Assembly (NCBI GenBank): GCA_053919585.1
Contig: CM132819.1
Reading direction: 5' to 3' (one strand)
DNA length: 64,000 nt
Source: Euprymna scolopes
Taxonomy: Eukaryota
Shown: one piece after another, positions 10,960 through 24,362 of the stretch
How positions within the stretch are numbered: position 1 is the first letter of the stretch
How the letters are laid out: each line of letters begins with the position of its first letter
Notes under the pieces: generated by a model
Seen by the model: the letters and a program-made list of their open reading frames with translations, nothing else
What the model was told of the DNA's origin: nothing
The model's database searches: none
Program-made: the position numbers and the translations under genes

Positions 10960-12848
10960 TTTTTTTAGAATAGCATCGAAAATTTTTTAGAATAGTATCG
11001 AATTTTTTTTTTTTTTAGAATAGCATCGAAAAATTTTTTTAGAATAGCATCCCAAATTTTTTTAGAATAGCACCAACAAATTTTTAAGAATAGTATCCCA
11101 ATGTTTTTAAAATAGCAGCAAAATTTTTTTAGAATAGCATCGAAAAATTATTTTGAGAATAGTATGAAATTTTTTTTTAGAATAGCATCGAAAATTCTTT
11201 TTAGAATAGCATCAAAACATTTTTTAGAATAGCATGAAATAATTTTTTTAGAATAGCATCAAAAAATATTTTAGAATAGCATCCGAATATTTTTAGAATA
11301 GCATCAAAAAGTATTTTTAGAATAGCATCGAAAATATTTTTAGAATGGCATCAAAAAATTTTTTAGAATAGCATCAAAAAAAATTTTTAGAATAGCATGA
11401 CAAAATTTTTTAGAATAGCATGACAAAATTTTTTAGAATAGCATCAAATAAATTTTTTAGAATAGCACCGAAAATTTTTTTAGAATAGCATCGAAAAATT
11501 TTTTTAGAATAGCATCAAAAATTTTTTTTAGAATAGCATCAAAAAATTTTTTTAGAATAGCATGAAAAATTTTTTAGAATAGCATCAAAATTTTTTTTTA
11601 GAATAGCATCGAAAATATTTTTAGAATAGCATCGAAAATCTTTTTTAGAATAGCATCAAAAAATTTTTTTAGAATAGCATTAAAAAAAATTTTTAGAATA
11701 GCTTCCCAATTTTTTTAGATTAGAATCCAAATTTTTTTTAGAATAGCATCCCAATTTTTTTTTAGAATAGCATCAAAAAAATTTTAGACTATCATCCCAA
11801 TCTTTTTAGAATAGCATCAAAAATATTTTTAGAATAGCATCAAAAAAATTTTTAGAATAGCATCCCAATTTTTTTAGAATAGCATCCCAATTTTTTTAGG
11901 ATAGCATGAAATTTTTTTTTTTAGAATATCATTGAAATTTTTTAAAATAGCATCCCAATGTTTTTAGAATGGCATCCCAAATTATTTTTAGAAGAGCATC
12001 CCAATTTTTTTAGAATAGCATCCCAAATATTTTTAGAATAGCATCCCAATCTTTTTAGAATATCATCCAAATAGTTTTAGAATAGCATCCCAATTTTTTA
12101 GAATAGCATCGAATTTTTTTTTTTTAGAATAGCATCGAAAATTTTATAGAATAGCATCAAAAATGTTTTTAGAATATTATCCCAATTTTTTTATAGAATA
12201 GCATCGAAATTTTTTTTAGAATATCATTAAAAAAATTTTTAGAATAGCACCCCAAATTATTTTAGAATAGCATCGAAAAATGTTTTTAGAATAGCATCCC
12301 AATTTTTAAGAATAGCATCAAAACATTTTTTAGAATAGCATCTCAAATTTTGTTTAGAATAGCATCCCAATTTTTTTTAGAACAGCATCCCAAATATTTT
12401 TAGAACAGCATCAAAAATCTTTTCAGAATAGCATCAAAAGATTTTTTTTAGAATAGCATTGGAATTTTTTAGAATAGCATCCCAATTTTTTTAGAATAGC
12501 ATCCCAATTTTTTTTAGAATAGCATCTCAATTTTTTTAGAATAGCATCGAAAAATTATTTTAGAATAGCATTCCAATTTTTTAGAATAGCATCCCAAATT
12601 TTTTTAGAATAGCATCTCAAATTTTTTTAGAATAGCATCCCAAATTTTTTTAGAACAGCATCAAAAATCTTTTCAGAATGGCATCAAAAGATTTTTTTAG
12701 AATAGCATTGAAATTTTTTAGAATAGCATCCCAATTTTTTTAGAATAGCATCCCAATTTTTTTTAGAATAGCATCGAAAATTATTTTTAGAATAGCATCC
12801 AATTTCTTTTAGAATAGTATCGAAATTTTTTTTAGACTAGCATCGAAA
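10960..12848. repeat. ~22-24-bp minisatellite with core TTTTAGAATAGCATC
   Basis: Roughly 80 units with variable A/T tracts, in CYP intron 1. Confidence 0.95.
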
Positions 12849-13874
12849 ACTTTTATAATATTCTGAATAGTTCAAATGATGCATTTTATTTGTTTAATCA
12901 TTTAATGTTTTTTTATAAATCAATGTTTCATCACAACTATTCTATAAAAATGTCTAAGAGGACAATAAATAAATGTAAAACTCTTAAGAGTATAGTTCAT
13001 TCATTTATTTATTTTTGGATACTATTGAGTTTAGGTTGATTTTAAATCGAGGGAAGTACGCGGTACAATTTTCAAGGGAAGTAATATGGAAGTAACTCAC
13101 TGTGGAGTGATTTTTCAAACGAGATGAAAAGTGGGAATAGTTAAATTGAGCGAATCCTATATCTCATAGAAAATCTTTCTTTTTTAAGTCATTCGAATTG
13201 CATTTTGAACATGAATTGCATTTTGAATATGATGATTATCAATTGCGCTGTTTTTTATATCGAATCTAAGGTTAGTTCAGTTGGATTTTTTACTATGTTT
13301 AATAACATTTCGTTTTTAATTTTTACTCGAAAGAAGAAAACGCTATCCACTGGTCATTTTTCTTTTAATAATGTTATTTTTAAAAAAATACATAAATGTA
13401 ATTAGTTCGATTAAAAATTACATTCAAATAAATAATCTAGTCCTTCGCAATCCAAGTGTGATATAGAAATCAATGTAAGATTCCGAGTAATTTAATAATA
13501 AATCTATGAAAAACAAAATGTAAAAGAAACTTGAAAACCTCTCAGCGTTTGCGATATTTTATTTCAAACGCAGATAGTGATTTCTTCGGATCAACTAAAA
13601 CATAGGTCTTTGAAAATGATTGAAAAGTTGAAATGATATCTGCGTGAAGTGTCTTCAATTTATACATACGAAGTTGAATTACTTCTTTCATTTATTTTAT
13701 GCTTAATGCGTTTAATATATTTGTTGTGTTTTATTTGTCGGACATTAAATTATGGTTAAGTATATTTTAATTCATGCAGACTTTGTATTATTATTGCAGA
13801 GCATTTTTCAATTGAAATTAGTTTTGTACTTGATATATATAGTAGTGATTTCAAAAGTTAAAAAATTGAGTTGA

Positions 13875-13950
13875 GTGTCATCAGCCAGAATCGAAAGCAA
13901 CATATTTAGTGCTCCAGCCGCGTTTCTTACCGTTTAAGCTATTGAGAGAT
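13875..13950 (-). mobile_element. Degenerate tRNA-derived (SINE-head-like) sequence
   Basis: Minus strand TAGCTTAAACGGTAAGA (A-box-like) followed by TTTCGATTCTGG (B-box-like). Confidence 0.3.
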
Positions 13951-14244
13951 GTATAAGAAATATTTAATATTAAACGACTTGAAGAAATGAATTGAATTTG
14001 GACATGCGAAAAAGAAGTAAAAATATGTCGGCAAGTTGAGGTGAACAGTTTGCATCTCAACTTGTCAACATTTCAATATGTCTCTACGCCTATGGAGGTA
14101 AGCAAAGTATTCAGCATTACGCTGACAAATGTCATACAACGCGGTTTCAGATTGGAGATATTTGTTCACTAGTGATAAAATTTAAAAAAATCAGTTTCCT
14201 AGAATTATCGCTTTTCTGCAATTTCGTATTTACTATTTCTTTTA

Positions 14245-17104
14245 CCACGTGGGATTAGAACTAATTTACCTGATGTTGAAGCATTTCTTCTAACAAATAC
14301 CCCGGATATCTTAGCACTAAGCGAGACTAACCTACACTCCTCCATCCCCTCTAACTACTTTAACATGCCTGGCTATCTCCCACTCTGCCGTAAGGACTCT
14401 GACAGACACATGCACAGACTTGGAGTCTACATTTGTAACTCCCTCCCCCTGACTAGAGAAACAAACCTAGAAACGTGCTTTAGACTAAACATACAACACA
14501 ACATTAGCTACTTTTATTTTCTCTGCCGCTCTCCGTCGACCCAGGACTGCACCATAATAAACAAAGTCTCTGACAGTATAGACACAGCACTCTCCCTCGA
14601 CACTAGCGCACAAGTACATGTATTTGGTGACTTTAATGTTCACCACAAAAACTGGCCTGGATTCTCTACTCACACAGATGCGGCGGCCAGCACAACACAT
14701 AGTTTTGCTATATCTCACTCCCTATCACAAATGGTTACGTTTCCAACCCGTTTCCCTGACCAGCAAGAACAACAAGCATCACTTCTAGATCTGTTTCTGA
14801 CTACAGTTCCCGAGGACTGTACAAGAAATGCTGACAGCCCACTCGGGAACGCTGACCATGCAGTGATAATGGTAGAAATCGCCCTAAATTCTAGACCCAA
14901 AACTGAAGAGCCAGTGCTCAAAACAACGAGATATTATAAAAAGGCTGACTGGGAAGCCATCAGAGATCTTATCAGAGATGCCCATGGGGAAATATTGTTT
15001 CTCTTCCTGCTGAACAGTGCGCAAATGAGACCACTGAATGGTTCAAAACAGCAATGGAAGCACATGTTCCCATGCGGAAATTTTATAGCAAACCCCACTC
15101 TCCCCAATGGTTTATTTCGACTTGCACAACTACTATTGCTCAAAGGCAGCATGCATACCGCAGATTTAACCGACATAAGTCCAGTTCAAACAAACAGAAG
15201 TATATAGAAGCTAGAAATAATGTTAAGAAAGAAATAGCGACAGCTAAGAGAGAATTTACTGAAACCACTAAAAAAAAAGCATCGAAGCACAAAAATTAGG
15301 AAATCGTGACTTCTGGAAAATCTACAATAGTGTAGTAAATAATGGGCAATCAACAATTCCCCCGCTAACCAACAATCACGAGGCTATTTGCTCAGCAACC
15401 GACAAGGCTAATATGCTTACCAGCCGGTTTGCCTCGAACTCCACACTGGACCCTTCCAACCACCCTCTCCCTGACTTTCCTTTGCGGACAGACGCCACGC
15501 TAGACGATCTAAAAATCACCCTTGCTCAGGTACATGCTATCATAAAAAATCTTGACACTTCTAAAGCATGTGGACCTGATCTCATCCCAGCTGTGCCATT
15601 AAAAAGTGCTCAGCCGAAGTAGCTCCAGTTCTCTCCAAACTCTACAACAAATACCTTAATGAATCATGCTTTACGGACTGTTGGAAAACTGCTTCTGTGG
15701 TACCTATATTCAAGAATTCTAGCGAAAGAACTGACCCATCAAATTATCGCTCCATTAGCCTCCTCCCACTTTTCGCCAAAATATTTGAGACCATAATTAA
15801 CCATGCTCTAGTCCGGCACCTTACAGATGCTAAACTTCTGACTGACAAACAATATGGATTTAGACAAGCTCGTTCCACGGCTGACATCCTCACTGTAATC
15901 TCTGAACGTATATACCATTCACTGGACAAAGCGGGGGAGGGCAGAGAGGTAGCCCTCGATATATCTAAGGCTTTTGACAGGGTATGGCACAAGGGCCTCC
16001 TCAGGAAAATTAAATTATACGGTATCACTGGTAGAATACTTAGCATAATTGAATCCTTCTTAGACAAGAGAAAAATCCAGGTTGTCCTCGACGGTCGTAC
16101 GTCTAAACAGTGCGATATAAATGCGGGAGTGCCTCAGGGGTCTATTCTTGGACCTCTATTGTTCCTGATATTTATTAATGACCTCCCCGACAAAATTGCC
16201 TCTGAGATGGGTATATATGCTGATGATACTACACTCTATAACAGGCATGACAGGAAAACAAATGAACACATATCTAAAGAAATGGCAAAAACACTAGAGG
16301 ATGACCTCCAATCTGTAGTCGAATGGGGACATAAATGGATGGTCACATTCAATGCTGCCAAGACTAAACGGGTTTCCTTCAATAATTACAAGAAACCTTC
16401 TCTGCCACCAATAGCAATGGCCAGTGACACCCTGTCTGAGAGTACATCTTTCAAACTGCTTGGCCTAACGTTCACAGAAAACATGAGCTGGAACAATTAT
16501 ATTGAAAACATTGCTAGGGCCGCTGCGAAAAAGGTAGGCTCTCTCTACCGTGCTAGAAAACTACTGACACCTGAAAGTATCCTGTACCTCTATAAGGCCA
16601 CCATTCGCCCATGTATGGAGTATTGTTGTCACATTTGGGTTGATGCATCTGCTACTAGTCTCTCGCTCCTAGACAAGATTCAAAAAAGAGTTGCCAATCT
16701 GATAGGTCCTGAACTGGCATCTAAGCTTCAGCCTCTGTCTGTTCTACAAGTATTTTAATGGTAAATTCTCTGACGAACTGCAGACACTTGTGCCCCCTCG
16801 ACGTAGACACCCTCAACAAACCCGACAGGCAGCTAAATCCCACCCCCACACAGTAGAGATCCCTAGATGTAAAAGATCTTTCTACTCCAGTAGTTTCTTC
16901 CCCAGAACCGCTAGACTTTGGAATTCCATTCCAGGTTCCTGCTTCGCTAACTGTACTGACATGCAGAAGTTCAAGTGCAACGTGAACCGTGAATCTTGCT
17001 GCCCAAATCCCGACATAGTGCCCCAGTAGTTGCTGCCCCTGATAGTAGCCCCCTACACCAAAGTGCCTTGTTTGGGGTGAAAATGTAATACAAAAAAAAA
17101 AAAA
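14245..17104 (+). mobile_element. CR1/Zenon-like LINE family A, slightly 5'-truncated and frameshifted
   Basis: APE motifs (LSET, GDFN, LLDLF, ADH) and RT motifs (QGSILGPLLF, YADD, YKATIRPCMEYCCHIW) split over several ORFs; poly(A) tail at ~17092-17104. Confidence 0.95.
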
Positions 17105-17176
17105 TTATTTTGACTATTTTAACTTGTCTAAAACTAGCAAACTTTGGTCACATATTTTCGATAGTATGTAGGATTA

Positions 17177-18884
17177 TATCATTGTGAAAAAAGTTTTTGC
17201 AGAATTTTTCATTTTTGTATTTCAAATTATGCATTTTCAAATAAGTTTTTGTACAATACCTTTACTTTATCTATCATTTTAAAGAGCGTTTTTGCTTCAT
17301 CTGACTGTTTAAATTATAATCGTTTTAAACTAATTATGTCTTCTTTTCAGAACGTTAGATGGCAAAAAAGCAGATTCACACAATTTTTTATTTCAATTCA
17401 AGCTAGGCAGAAAAGCTGCTGAAACAGCTCGCGATATCAACGATGCGTTTGACCCAAGAACCACTACTGACCCACAATGGTGGTTTAAGAAATTTCGTGA
17501 CGGCAATGAGAGTTTTATATGTGGTTGACAAGGAAAGTATTGCGTTATATTAATTTTGATTTGAAGATTATGAGTGTAGTGGTTGGCCATCGGATGTTGA
17601 CAACGATCAATTAAAAGACTTAGCAGAAGCCAATCAACGCACAACTGTTCAAGAACTTCCTTCTGAATTAGACGTAACGAATATGACGATTTACAACTAC
17701 TTTAAAGAGTTTAAAAAACAACAAAAAAAACTTCATAAATGGGTGTTTTACGAATTGAACGACAACCAAAAGAAACGCCGTTATGAAGTGTCATCTTCTA
17801 TTCTTTTACGCAACAAGAACGATCCGTTTATAGATTGGGTTGTCACTTGCGATGAAGAGTGGGTTTTTTACAACAACTGACTATGTTCAGCTCAGTGGTT
17901 AGTCGCCGACGAATCTCCCCGACACTTCCGGAAACCAGAGTTGCACCAAAAGAAGGTCATGTTGTCTGTTTTGTGGTTTGCGATTGGTCGCATCCATTAC
18001 AGTTTTTTTACGTGGGCGAAACTATTACGACGGAATGGTACTGTCAACTAATGGATAAAGTGCATCAGAAACTTCGACAACAACACTTAGCATTAATCAA
18101 CAGAAAATGCGCTTCTCCACAATAATGCCCGACCGCATGTTGCTAAAATGACCTTGCAGATATTGAAAGATTTGGGCAATGAAACTCCGCCACATCCGCC
18201 ATATTCTTACCGATTACCACTATTTAAAGCATCTCGATAACTTTCTGTGCCAGAAATGCTTCAAAAAACGTCTTCAGCGCCTTCAGTTCCATCAGAATGC
18301 AAGATTTTTATATTACTGGCATAAATTTTTACGTTACTGGCATAAATTTTTATGTTACTGGCATAAATTTTTATGTTACTGGCATAAATTTTTACGTTAC
18401 TGGCATAAATTTTTATGTTACTGGCATAAATTTTTACGTTACTGGCATAAATTTTTATGTTACTGGCATAAATTTTTATGTTACTGGCATAAATTTTTAC
18501 GTTACTGGCATAAATTTTTATGTTACTGGCATAAATTTTTACGTTACTGGCATAAATTTTTACGTTACTGGCATAAATTTTTATGTTACTGGCATAAATT
18601 TTTACGTTACTGGCATAAATTTTTACGTTACTGGCATAAATTTTTCTGTTACTGACATAAATTTTTATGTTACTGGCATAAATTTTTATGTTACTGGCAT
18701 AAATTTTTATGTTACTGACATAAATTTTTATGTTACTGGCATAAATACACTTGTTTTGCGTTTGCAAAAAATTGTGTTTATTCTGATCTTGCTTATTTTG
18801 ATCAATCATTATTTTGCTTGAGCCGAGATATGTTCATCTGAATTTAAAAGTTAGAAACCGCAAAACTTTCTTATTAAACTAATA
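17177..18884 (+). mobile_element. Degenerate Hsmar1-like mariner
   Basis: MAKKQIHTIFLFQFKLGRKAAETARDIN from 17359, then WVFYEL, VTCDEEWVFYNN and HLDNFL. 3' TIR-like AAACCGCAAAACTTTCTTATTAAACTAA; 5' boundary approximate. Confidence 0.9.
18305..18746 (+). repeat. 21-bp minisatellite inside the mariner transposase
   Basis: About 21 copies of TTTTAYGTTACTGGCATAAAT (FYVTGIN). Confidence 0.97.
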
Positions 18885-19145
18885 CAATAAGCAGGTAAAG
18901 CATATTATTTGAGACTATTAAAATAATTTCCAATGCTATTGATAATGTTTACACATTCATTTATTTATATCTATTATCGCTTATGTTTGAATCTATGTTT
19001 CGCAACACATAAATCTATGACGTCACGCCAACGCAATACTTATTTCCTTATATAATTTTTAAAATTGTATTTATGAGAAATTACCACCTGGTACGATCTG
19101 TTTTCGATTTCCGGCTATGGCATCCGCTTGTATTTTTTTTGTTTG

Positions 19146-19223
<78 letters not shown>

Positions 19224-19889
19224 TGCACTAGTCTCGATTTCTAAACATAGTTAAATCACTGTTATTTCGAAACAAAAGAAATTCTGCAATGTATACGTTA
19301 CACGTAAAAATTCTTATTCTTTCGAATTTTAATTCTTAAGCAGTTTCGGAAAAATAAACTTCACTCTTCAACTCAATATCATACCGATGATATTATTCCG
19401 GGAAAAGTAAATATTATGACATCCCTCGTCATCAGTAGATTGTTAACATACTTTAGGTACAAGCATTAGCCACTATTAAACTCTTACTTTAAAGCCCATG
19501 TAGTGCATTTTAAGGAAATTCCCAAGTAACAACAAGTATTTAATAAGACTAATATATTCAAATTTATTTAAATTAATTAAAATTTATTTAAGCTTTGGAT
19601 TTTTTTTCTTTTGTTGCAGAACTCTGCACACACGGAAGAGAAAACGAAACAAAATGTTTAAAAATGTCAGAAGTTTTAATGTTTCGACCTTAGGAATTTT
19701 GCGCTCGAACCGCCCTTTTCTTCCTCCACGCTTCGTCGCTTCTTCGAAATGTATCTAACAAAACCTGGTTTTCACAAAAATACGATTAAAAACTGTCCAG
19801 TGCCTCAGGTCACGGTGACATAGACATCATTATTAATGAGATTAAATTCTTGTATTTGTAATTTTATCAATGTCTCAATGCAATTTATT

Positions 19890-20023
19890 TCCCCTTTTTT
19901 TTATCAAAACTCCAATACTAACGATTACTACGATACTATCCCATTGATTACTGTACACGCAATAACCCTTATCCCAGAGTGGCTTCCGGACCTTGATAAG
20001 TGATGACCTCCATGTAAAAAAAA
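19890..20023 (+). mobile_element. Short 3'-end copy of CR1/Zenon-like family B
   Basis: TAACCCTTATCCCAGAGTGGCTTCCGGACCTTGATAAGTGATGACCTCCATGT + poly(A) matches the 3' UTR of the element at 38116. Confidence 0.8.
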
Positions 20024-20024
20024 T

Positions 20025-21940
20025 CGTGTTCCCTGGAGTCTGGGTGACAAGAAGTCTCCTCAGATTCGCAGTACGCATCACGTTTTTCGATAACTATTTA
20101 AAATGACTGTGCTTGCCCTCTTACTATTGATCTGGCAGTGATTATTATTCTTTTCTGGGTGCCAATGAGTCTCCCTAACCTACCCAATACTCTCCGCACT
20201 TTCAAGTGTAGGTCTCACACCTTGGTGATTGTATCCTCCACGACCCTTCACAATTATTTTGTGTGATATCAGCCTTTTGTTAGTAGTTTTAGTTACTTTG
20301 GTTTCATATGCTATTCATGCCGTCTTGTCATTCTAATGTATCGTCTATGTAGACTTTTTCTTGTTTGCTTTGTGTTTGCTTTGTGTTTGCTTTCTTGTTT
20401 GCTTTTTTCTGTATTGTTCCTTCTGGCGGCGTCTCTTGCTGAAGTGATCAATTTTTCTGTGTTCTGAATAAAGTATTTTCATCTTTCTTATAGTCTAATA
20501 GTCTCTTATACGTACCTGTCTTCTCTCTTCCTTCCTTTTCAAGTAGAGTCGGTCAATATCATCTTTTTGGTGTACTGTATTGTTCATGATCATTAGCTTC
20601 CTCATTTTCTCGTCAAGATGCCCAAGTTCCTTATTGTTTCAATCTTTGAATCGTCTAGAATATCTCCTCAGTGATACAAACCAGATATTTATTCCGTTAA
20701 ACTAATTTTTTAATATATAGTTTCTTTTCTCAGAGAACTTTTCCCAATATTCTCCTTCGTTTTTGTAGATTTTATGGTGTCTACTTCCACCACTGCCAAA
20801 TATTTGTTGTCATCATGTTGTCATCATGTTTTTATAATGTTGTTATCATGTTTTTATGATGTTATCATCATGTTGTTATTATGTTGCCATCATGTTGTTT
20901 TCATGTTGTCATCATGTTGTCATCATGTTGTCATCATGTTCGCCAAGCTCATCTCCTTCTATTTTCAATTTACCTCCTTTTATCTCTAATAATGCACCCT
21001 TTTCCATTAAAAATTTGATTTGAATAGTATGCCTTAATATTCTGGTTGTTGTCATCAGTTCCAATGTGATTTTTTTAAAGAACTTCAGATTGTCCATATA
21101 CATGAGATGGTTAAATCTTTATTCCTTGTCGCTATGATAAACAGTTGTACTTACAGAGAGTCTGCTTGGAATTTGCTTTTCGATATTCTTATCTCAGTCC
21201 AGTGTTGTCCTGCAGCTGTCACTTCCAGTCTCCATGTTTTCTTGATAACATAATATTGACAGATATCTTGTACATTCTTAAGCATTCAATTAAGCATGCA
21301 TGAGGGATGTTGTTGTAGGTTTTATTTTATTCTATGCCATGGCTATGTTACTTTTTAGAGCTTCTTCAGGATCGTTTAATTTATGCATAACAAATCGTGC
21401 GCCCATTTTCTATTTTTTCAGCATCATTTTTGTTTCTCCTGAAGTTGTATACACTGTTTGAAAGAGTGGTAGATCTTCTCAGCGGAGCAATTCAGATTTT
21501 TCAGATTTTTTGAAAATGAATTATTCGTTTCTATTGAATTATTGATTGAGATTGTTTTTATTTTGATCGTCTATTCTGGAACAACTGTTTTGTGGATTCA
21601 ATCCCTCGTTTTTGTTTTTTTGCTTCAGTGATTCATTTAGGATCGTGGCTTTTTAAACCAGCATGCTTGTATTCCATCGTATTCTGGCGCATTCAAGATT
21701 GTCATTTATGCAGGATTCCATTTCAAATTCCAATTAAATCTGGATATTCTGGTCGTGTTTATCAGCTTTTCTGATTCGTTTCTATGGTTTGCAAATGGAT
21801 TCAGCTCATCCATATACATAGGATGGTTTATTCTTTATTCTTTACACTTGTATTCTACAGCACATTTTCTATGTAGTTGAGTGGCATCATGGTTATGATA
21901 AATAGTAGTGATAGAGGGTACCCTTGACCGTCTGGATTCT
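20025..21940 (-). mobile_element. Degenerate R4/Dong-like non-LTR retrotransposon fragments
   Basis: HLMYMDNLK RT motif; 3'-end motif GAGACTTCTTGTCACCCAGACTCCAG shared with the copies at 45160-48020. Confidence 0.75.
20805..20940. repeat. 11-bp tandem repeat TTGTCATCATG
   Basis: About 12 imperfect copies within the R4-like fragment. Confidence 0.85.
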
Positions 21941-24362
21941 TATTTCAGTCCAGTGTTGTTCTTTACCTCAGCTCTCATTGCTTTGTCAATAGCATTAACA
22001 ATCTTGTTGGTATCTTGTGCATTCTTACAACTATTAAATAGTTATATTTGGATTATCAAAAAGACATCCATTAAGTTTTACACCAGTTAAACAAGAAAAA
22101 TCAAAAATAAATATCACTTTATCATATTCGTATCATTTGATTTTATATATAAAAATATGATTGCACATAAAGTAAGTTTTTACATTATTTTGTAAAGAGG
22201 ACAATAATTTAAGTGCTAAATGCTTTCCACACCTTAAGAAAAGTAGGAGAGCATATGAGTATGCGAAAAATTAAAACGATATCATTGTCTATGTGTCTAG
22301 TTGAACAGAAGTATCTTTTTACTTGTTTTCATATAAAGGCAGAGAAAATCATTTAGATTAAAATTCGATCAATTTCAGTATATTACCATTTTATAGAAAG
22401 GGCATCATTCCACTTCCCCACTGCACCAAATGGGAGGAGATGTATTGCATCTCCCCTGAAAGTATCTTTGCACCTCATTGTATTCAATGTAATTTCTGTT
22501 ATTTCACATCAATTATAAGAATGCTACACAAATATAATTCTCATGTGGTGGCTTCCTTCAGTTTGTCAGACTATGGAGACTCACTGTAAAGGTTTCTGCA
22601 CGTGAAATGCTTGTGGCAAGTGTTGTGCAATCTCAAACCACACCTCTCCTAAGTCGACATTGTTACATACCAGTGGCAAGTGAAGGTTCAGGACAACTGG
22701 AAACAATGCCGAGATAAGGTGATCTAACGAGAACCGGTGTATCAACGTACATGTATTATGTATGCATTATGCATCTTATGTATTATGCATTAAAAGCGTT
22801 TAAAAAATTCCTGTCAAGTAAGAATATCCAAAAAAATGAGCATCGAATAATGACGCATATTTCACAATTAGGATTCGTCTTCTTGGGTGGCCTCACTTAT
22901 GCCGAACCCCTCTTCCTTTTGAAGGACTTCCAAGAAGGTGAGGGACATATTTAAATATATTTGTCAGATACAACTCGTTTGAGGAGGCAAATACACACAA
23001 ATACCAGGAAGTGACGGCGACGTTCGGATTACAATCTTTTTGCTATGAACAGTTTTTAGGTTAAAATTATTTAACATTTCTCTTAGTTTCAGAATTGTAC
23101 AGAATTGGAAACGTTGATAAATCGAACAGATCATACTTTTTTTTTAAATGTTTTTTTATTTTTATATAGAAAATGGATTCAGCAATGGTAGAACCCAAAG
23201 TTGTTCGCCCAAAGGTTGAAGAGGGCAAGATCTATACCGGTATCAATAACAGAAAGCGATAATTTAAATCTGTTAGAGTGTAACACAGACGCAACTAGAT
23301 ATGGGTTATATCATTACATACAGATAATATGTCAAACCAGATAGCATGTCTATCTTATCACAAACATTCTAGCTCCAGCATTGACGTTTGAATGCAGAAA
23401 TTGTGTGCACCAGCAATATTTTCTAGTACATACGCACCTGCATACATCTTTAGTGCATACGTACTTGTTTTACGACTATTATAAAACTGCAACTCACTGC
23501 TTTGTTTATTTTTCTTCGTCAGACATCTGATATTTACAAGCACGGTTTAATATTTTTCCTTGCTGCCTTCGATGGAGATAATTTTCGGAGAAGTTTATTA
23601 ACATTATGACTCGTTAACGAAACAAAAGATAATAAAATTGCCATATATTAATCAATGATTCGTAATGAACTGACAAAAAATAACAAACAAAGCAATGTTG
23701 TAGTTCTCTGAATTTAATCGTTTTTGCTTTATTTTCTCAAGTGTCGATATCACAATATATTGTTTTCTTATATGCAACATATATATGTGTGTGTCTTTTA
23801 TACGTATAAGAATTTGATGACATAGCCACCTTGTTCTCCAGATATAAATCCCATTGAGTGGTTCTGATCAATAATAAAGATAAACCTTTATGAAAGAGGT
23901 GTTCAATTTTCGTTGAAGGATGAAATTTGAAGAAAGATTTTGGAAGTTTCCTCAAAGTGATTTTGGAGCATGGGAGTTATGTTGATAAATATTTCCTTAA
24001 ACAAAATTATGTGAAGATCGTTCTTGTTTTTGGTTAATATTGTTACTGTACATGTTCTTTATTTCATATAAATAGAAATATGAAGTTGGAATATCGTTTT
24101 ATTACTGAAAAAAAATATACATATGTTTAGCCACTTGCAATAAAGTTATACACAATTTAAATTATCAGAAAATAGAAAAATTAGCATAACTTTCTAAATA
24201 TTTGTTGAAATTCCACAAAAATCAGGGAAATAATTTCACCTTATTATGCTCTTCTAGTCTACCAGTGTTTGTTTTTGCATCTGTAAACATCTTTCGAACA
24301 TTAATTTTGAACTTTAAAGTTTCTAATTTTTACCCTTATCAGATATATAAGCTTGGTATAAC

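Noticed and set aside
2600-12848. CRISPR-like repeat arrays
   Set aside because: Units are contiguous with no unique spacers, there are no cas genes, and the context is eukaryotic.
18179-18821. Repetitive proteins (FYVTGIN, YWHKFL, KIYASN)
   Set aside because: Stop-free frames of a 21-bp minisatellite.
22400-22960. GC-richer SINE-like patch with hairpin GGAGATG-TATTG-CATCTCC
   Set aside because: No clear A/B boxes, tail or TSD, so it cannot be classified.
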